Positions 16,663-20,000 of a stretch of DNA of 20,000 nt are shown here, piece by piece. Made by a program: the position numbers and the translations under genes. Position 1 is the first letter of the stretch, and the number at the start of each line of letters is the position of its first letter. The notes beneath the pieces were generated by a model, which was given only the letters and a program-made list of their open reading frames with translations, did no database searches and was not told the origin of the DNA. This DNA comes from an uncultured virus (IMG/VR IMGVR_UViG_3300030329_003992) (lineage: Duplodnaviria; Heunggongvirae; Uroviricota; Caudoviricetes), in IMG/VR virus record IMGVR_UViG_3300030329_003992, one strand, 5' to 3'.

Positions 16663-16820
16663 AATCACCATGTAAGAAAATTTGTAAACTAGTTAAAAAA
16701 ATTAAAACTAACGAAGAGTTTTGTTTAGGTTGCGGTAGAACTAAAGAAGAAATTAGATCTTGGAGAAAATATACAAACTCTCAGAAACAATCAGTCCTGG
16801 ACAGACTACGTGTTAACTAG
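16647..16820 (+). CDS. DUF1289 (YdhL-like, predicted Fe-S) small protein (57 aa, not in ORF track)
   Basis: TTG start with AGGAG 7 nt upstream; ESPCKKIC...FCLGCGRTKEEIRSW signature. Confidence 0.85.
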   Translation: MGKDVESPCKKICKLVKKIKTNEEFCLGCGRTKEEIRSWRKYTNSQKQSVLDRLRVN

Positions 16821-16853
16821 TCTGTTCCTGGGCGCGAGCAAAAACAAGTGCCA

Positions 16854-16946
16854 ATGGATGCGATAACTTTACTAATCATATTAGGTGTGATATTAGTCGT
16901 CTTAGTTTCTGGCACAATTATCACTATTATGAATTTAAATGTATGA
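16854..16946 (+). CDS. Single-TM peptide (30 aa)
   Basis: MDAITLLIILGVILVVLVSGTIITIMNLNV, ATGA-coupled to pyrD. Confidence 0.5.
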   Translation: MDAITLLIILGVILVVLVSGTIITIMNLNV

Positions 16947-17647
16947 TCTATATTTCAGCACCATTCGGAAACTATATCAAACATCCATTAGCAACACCCG
17001 TGACGGGAACGTGGACATTAGAACCAAGGTCCGGACTCATCAAACAAATTCTGAAAACGTTAAGATATGATTTCAAAACTAAATCATGGTATAATTCACT
17101 CGGACTAAGAAATCCAGGAATAAACAAAGGAATAGAAAAGCACAAACACGGTGAGATCATGTCCATCTCGGCAATTAAAAGAGGAGATTGGAAAAGGCTC
17201 TCAAAGATCATACCAAAAGAAACACCACTGGAACTGAACATATCTTGTCCGAACATCACTCATCCAGACCAGTACCTGGAAGGTGTGGAGATCTTTTCCG
17301 AACAGTCTATGAGAAATCCAATCGTGAAACTAAGTCCAACAGATGATAACAAAATAATTGACATTCTATTTGAAATGGGATTTAAAAAGTTTCATTTAGT
17401 AAATACACTCAAAACTGATAGGGGAGCACGTAGCGGAAAGATTCTACAATCATATGTTCTAGAAAAACTAATTTACATAAGACGTAACTATAAATTTCAA
17501 ATACACGTCATAGCAGGTGGAGGAATTACGTCAATCAAGGACATAGAATTCTACAAAAGACACGGAGCGGAGTCATTTAGTTTGGGCACTGTAAACTTCA
17601 ATCCGTGGAAAACTAAACGGATAATAAGTGAATATCATGCAGAGTAG
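16943..17647 (+). CDS. pyrD: Dihydroorotate dehydrogenase-like FMN enzyme, shortened
   Basis: GTWTLEPR, NSLGLRNPG, ELNISCPN (catalytic Cys), VKLSP, VNTL, SGK, IAGGGI and SLGT. Confidence 0.87.
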   Translation: MIYISAPFGNYIKHPLATPVTGTWTLEPRSGLIKQILKTLRYDFKTKSWYNSLGLRNPGINKGIEKHKHGEIMSISAIKRGDWKRLSKIIPKETPLELNISCPNITHPDQYLEGVEIFSEQSMRNPIVKLSPTDDNKIIDILFEMGFKKFHLVNTLKTDRGARSGKILQSYVLEKLIYIRRNYKFQIHVIAGGGITSIKDIEFYKRHGAESFSLGTVNFNPWKTKRIISEYHAE

Positions 17648-18248
17648 TCTATACCAACCGATCTATGGAGAGACGACACACAAGAATCTCAAGGAATTTG
17701 AAAAGAGAATTGAAATCATAAAACAACATATCCCAGACGGATCAAGCGTGATTGACATAGGATGTAACTACGGATGGAACTGTTTTAAACTATCAGAAAA
17801 CAAGACTTTAAAAATCACTGGAGTGGATGAGTTTCCTGAGAGAACTAAAATGTCGGGGAATGAACTGTATTATTATCTAGCAAACAAAACAATTAAAAAA
17901 TATGGAATAACTAACGTGAAAATCCTCATGGGCGGACCACCAAGCTATACAAAACATGACTACGGAATAGCAACTTACATTCTACACCACTACTTAAAAG
18001 ATCCACTAAAACTAAGTAAGGGATTGAATGACGACGGACAAAAACTAAACAAGGCAATACAACAATCAGCGAACAAACTAATTCTACAAATAAGACATAA
18101 AGACCATGATCAACATATTCCTTTTTATGAGAGCATAGGATATACAAACCTCAAACAAATAGACAGTTGGACTTGTGAACGTGGGTCTGGATGTTGCAAT
18201 GGCATATTAAAATCACCATTAATAATAGGAGAACCGAGTGAGAAATAG
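17628..18248 (+). CDS. Class I SAM-dependent methyltransferase
   Basis: SVIDIGCNYG, ITGVD and ILHH. Confidence 0.85.
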   Translation: MNIMQSSLYQPIYGETTHKNLKEFEKRIEIIKQHIPDGSSVIDIGCNYGWNCFKLSENKTLKITGVDEFPERTKMSGNELYYYLANKTIKKYGITNVKILMGGPPSYTKHDYGIATYILHHYLKDPLKLSKGLNDDGQKLNKAIQQSANKLILQIRHKDHDQHIPFYESIGYTNLKQIDSWTCERGSGCCNGILKSPLIIGEPSEK

Positions 18249-18441
18249 AGCTTGGCGAAGAAAACAAGAACATAAGAAAAAGTCAAAAGTAATTAGAGAT
18301 TATCATAACTGGTGGGGCGATTGGGATTCACGTTCTGTAGGATTAAAGTCTCATACACCAAAAAGATGTAGTTGTGCAATGTGCGGAAATCCACGTAAAT
18401 ACTTTAATGAACAAACTATGCAAGAAAGAAAGGCAATGTGA
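18238..18441 (+). CDS. Small basic protein with CSCxMCGNPR zinc-binding-like motif
   Basis: GTG start, AGGAG RBS; HTPKRCSCAMCGNPRK...TMQERK. Confidence 0.75.
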   Translation: MRNRAWRRKQEHKKKSKVIRDYHNWWGDWDSRSVGLKSHTPKRCSCAMCGNPRKYFNEQTMQERKAM

Positions 18442-18442
18442 T

Positions 18443-18526
18443 ATGTTGGCAGAATTTATTTGGATATTAGTTTTAGCAGGTTTGTTCATGTTAGTTGGTG
18501 CATTAGTAATCTATATTATGTCATGA
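18443..18526 (+). CDS. Single-TM peptide (27 aa)
   Basis: MLAEFIWILVLAGLFMLVGALVIYIMS, ATGA-coupled to the next ORF. Confidence 0.5.
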   Translation: MLAEFIWILVLAGLFMLVGALVIYIMS

Positions 18527-18699
18527 AATATAGACAAGAATACGAAGCATATGCAGACTATGCACTAGAAAGATATCTTATAGAGAAAAAGGGTTATAAT
18601 GAATATGATGCAAAAGTTAAAGTCATGCAAGATTATGATGAAGTCAAAAAATGGTTTGAAGAATCAGAGAAAATTTCATTACCTAATCGGTCTTACTAA
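18523..18699 (+). CDS. Hypothetical protein (ORF-track start 18460; likely start 18523)
   Basis: MKYRQEYEAY..., ATGA overlap with the upstream peptide. Confidence 0.6.
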   Translation: MKYRQEYEAYADYALERYLIEKKGYNEYDAKVKVMQDYDEVKKWFEESEKISLPNRSY

Positions 18700-18805
18700 A
18701 GAACAAAGAAAACACAATGCGGAAGCGTTATTAGAATGGTGCAAAGATAAACAATATGTAGAAGGAATAAAAGACTATGCGAACCAACTTAAAGAAAAAA
18801 ACTAA
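18599..18805 (+). CDS. Hypothetical protein (start uncertain, probably later)
   Basis: The C-terminal half fills the gap 18700-18805. Confidence 0.45.
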   Translation: MNMMQKLKSCKIMMKSKNGLKNQRKFHYLIGLTKEQRKHNAEALLEWCKDKQYVEGIKDYANQLKEKN

Positions 18806-18813
18806 ACACGAGG

Positions 18814-18837
18814 GAGATGAAAGTGCCGTCTCATTTT
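18814..18837 (+). terminator. Possible weak intrinsic terminator
   Basis: GAGATG-N7-CGTCTC stem followed by ATTTT in an intergenic gap. Confidence 0.3.
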
Positions 18838-18871
18838 GGGTCTACATGAAGGCTCTATATAAGGACACAGA

Positions 18872-19075
18872 ATGAAATCATATTTAAAACCAAAACCGAA
18901 TTCATTCATGTCAGCAGATGAGTGGGGAGCAGAGGTAAGGAGACAGAGAGAAAGAGAGAAGCGAACAGATTATAGATTACATTTAATAGACTATCCACCT
19001 ATACAAAATATAGATTTAAAACACACAGAAAACTTAATAAAAATCGACTATTTACTTTGGGGAGAAGATGTATAG
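18872..19075 (+). CDS. Hypothetical protein
   Basis: 67 aa, AAGGA RBS. Confidence 0.65.
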   Translation: MKSYLKPKPNSFMSADEWGAEVRRQREREKRTDYRLHLIDYPPIQNIDLKHTENLIKIDYLLWGEDV

Positions 19076-19081
19076 CAGAGA

Positions 19082-19259
19082 ATGAATAAAACACTATAAA
19101 GAGGTAGGTTTATCTCGAGAAGAACATTTCATACACGTCTGGAAACTAATAGCAGAACTATCACTCACAATAGGGACATTAGTTATACACAGTTTCGCAC
19201 CACGATATTTCCAAAACTACTATTCAGAAAGATGGAGAAAGGTACATGAAAGCGAATAG
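19082..19259 (+). pseudogene. DUF6356-like small protein with its ATG one base out of frame (or ATA start at 19086)
   Basis: Frame 19086-19259 reads IKHYKEVGLSREEHFIHVWKLIAELSLTIGTLVIHSFAPRYF...; ATG 19082 would join this frame if one A were removed from AAAA 19088-19091. Confidence 0.45.
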
Positions 19260-19437
19260 AATTTGTTGTATATGTCAGCAGATAGTAAGAGAGAGTGTAG
19301 CAATTGACGTAAGCGATGAGTTTAATTTGAGAGAAGGGTTAGCGTTTGTATGTGGAGAGATATGCAAATCGATGACACGGACACTCGATTATCCTTATAA
19401 TTACTCTGAAACGGTAAGTAAACGTCAGAAAAAGTAA
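19246..19437 (+). CDS. Small Cys-rich (zinc-finger-like) protein
   Basis: CCIC ... CGEIC; GGAGAAAGG upstream. Confidence 0.65.
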   Translation: MKANRICCICQQIVRESVAIDVSDEFNLREGLAFVCGEICKSMTRTLDYPYNYSETVSKRQKK

Positions 19438-19664
19438 AGCGTAGTTTTATTTAAGTTTTTCCTCATTAGTTTCTACCCTACGTTAAGTAAATTTATTACC
19501 TAACCATAATCAAAAAATAGACCATAGATCTTAGTTTTAGGTCGCGACCCCGAAGAAAAAATCCCACAAAACATATCAGATACCAGTTTTTGCTATATAC
19601 CGTTTCAGACGGATCTTATATATCAGACCCCAGCGTGTATAAACATATTATGTAAACTTGTCAG

Positions 19665-19761
19665 TCGGCACCCACGGCAGCAGAGGTATATACTGAATCA
19701 GACAACGGGGGCGACCCACAACGGCGGACACACAAGACCAACGGCAGACGTACGGCACCCA
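19665..19761. repeat. Cluster of short GC-rich direct repeats
   Basis: CGGCACCCA at 19666 and 19753; ACGGCAG at 19674 and 19741; CAACGG at 19703, 19719 and 19739. Confidence 0.6.
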
Positions 19762-19859
19762 TAGAGAGAGATTTAGAGGCGCTATCAACCATGCCATCTG
19801 GGGAGATCTGAATAGGTTTGGATACCAGACTGATGCGGTTGACACAAAAAAAAGATAAG

Positions 19860-19905
19860 AAAAAACTTGACAATGGACCGATCGCATGATACAATATCAG
19901 TGTAC
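19860..19905 (+). promoter_or_regulatory. Sigma70-type (phage early) promoter
   Basis: A6 tract, TTGACA 19867-19872, 17-nt spacer, extended -10 TG-A-TACAAT (TACAAT 19890-19895). Confidence 0.88.
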
Positions 19906-19947
19906 TGATTCAAGAGTGAATATTAACCTGTAATTGAGAGATTGCCT

Positions 19948-20000
19948 GTGAGTAAGATCGAAGAACGTGAGTGGATAGAGGAACTGATCGAGTCTGCCGT
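19948..20000 (+). CDS. Probable first early gene, 3'-truncated (MSKIEEREWIEELIESA...)
   Basis: GTG start after GAGAG, downstream of the promoter, open to the window edge. Confidence 0.4.
   Translation, partial: MSKIEEREWIEELIESA

Noticed and set aside
16799..16827. Hairpin ACAGACTA-N9-TAGTCTGT over the DUF1289 stop codon
   Set aside because: No U-tract and downstream genes continue; could be a processing site, but unsupported.
2201..18147. Minus-strand ORFs in the track (2201, 3018, 4197, 4506, 5070, 6455, 6639, 7353, 7628, 7869, 9515, 10962, 11158, 13795, 14630, 14934, 15314, 15382, 16972, 17926)
   Set aside because: Antisense shadows of better-supported + strand genes; F/S/I/L-rich with no recognisable motifs.
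19665..19761. CRISPR mini-array
   Set aside because: Repeats are only 6-9 nt with irregular 11-31-nt spacing; no 23-47-nt repeat/spacer structure and no cas genes.
19839..19844. Additional TTGACA
   Set aside because: No -10 hexamer 16-18 nt downstream.
19648..19894. Two overlapping minus-strand ORFs (79 and 77 aa)
   Set aside because: They start within the strong + strand promoter, have no clear RBS, and their openness is explained by the local GC-rich composition.

Overview
AT-rich, densely packed, entirely + strand gene array from what is most likely a large T4-like (myovirus) phage, probably marine. Evidence: T4-type RNase H, a GT-B glycosyltransferase, ATGA/TAATG-coupled small ORFs, tRNA-Arg(UCU) and two near-identical sigma70-type early promoters. 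The window is rich in host-like metabolic and translation genes: ribosomal protein bS21, ASCH, two A-type Fe-S carriers, acyl carrier protein, HIT hydrolase, shortened PEP carboxykinase, shortened dihydroorotate dehydrogenase, a 2OG-Fe(II)-oxygenase/APS-kinase-like fusion with an overlapping HxGH nucleotidyltransferase, a kinase-like protein and a methyltransferase. The most unusual items are (i) a methanesulfonate monooxygenase alpha subunit (MsmA) homologue that keeps the mononuclear-iron catalytic domain but has lost the Rieske [2Fe-2S] ligand segment in frame, (ii) a 156-aa GNAT-fold protein carrying both malonyl-CoA decarboxylase signature motifs, and (iii) a GC-elevated, repeat-rich ~430-nt non-coding block before the second early promoter. 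All family assignments come from motif recognition by eye; no database searches were run.
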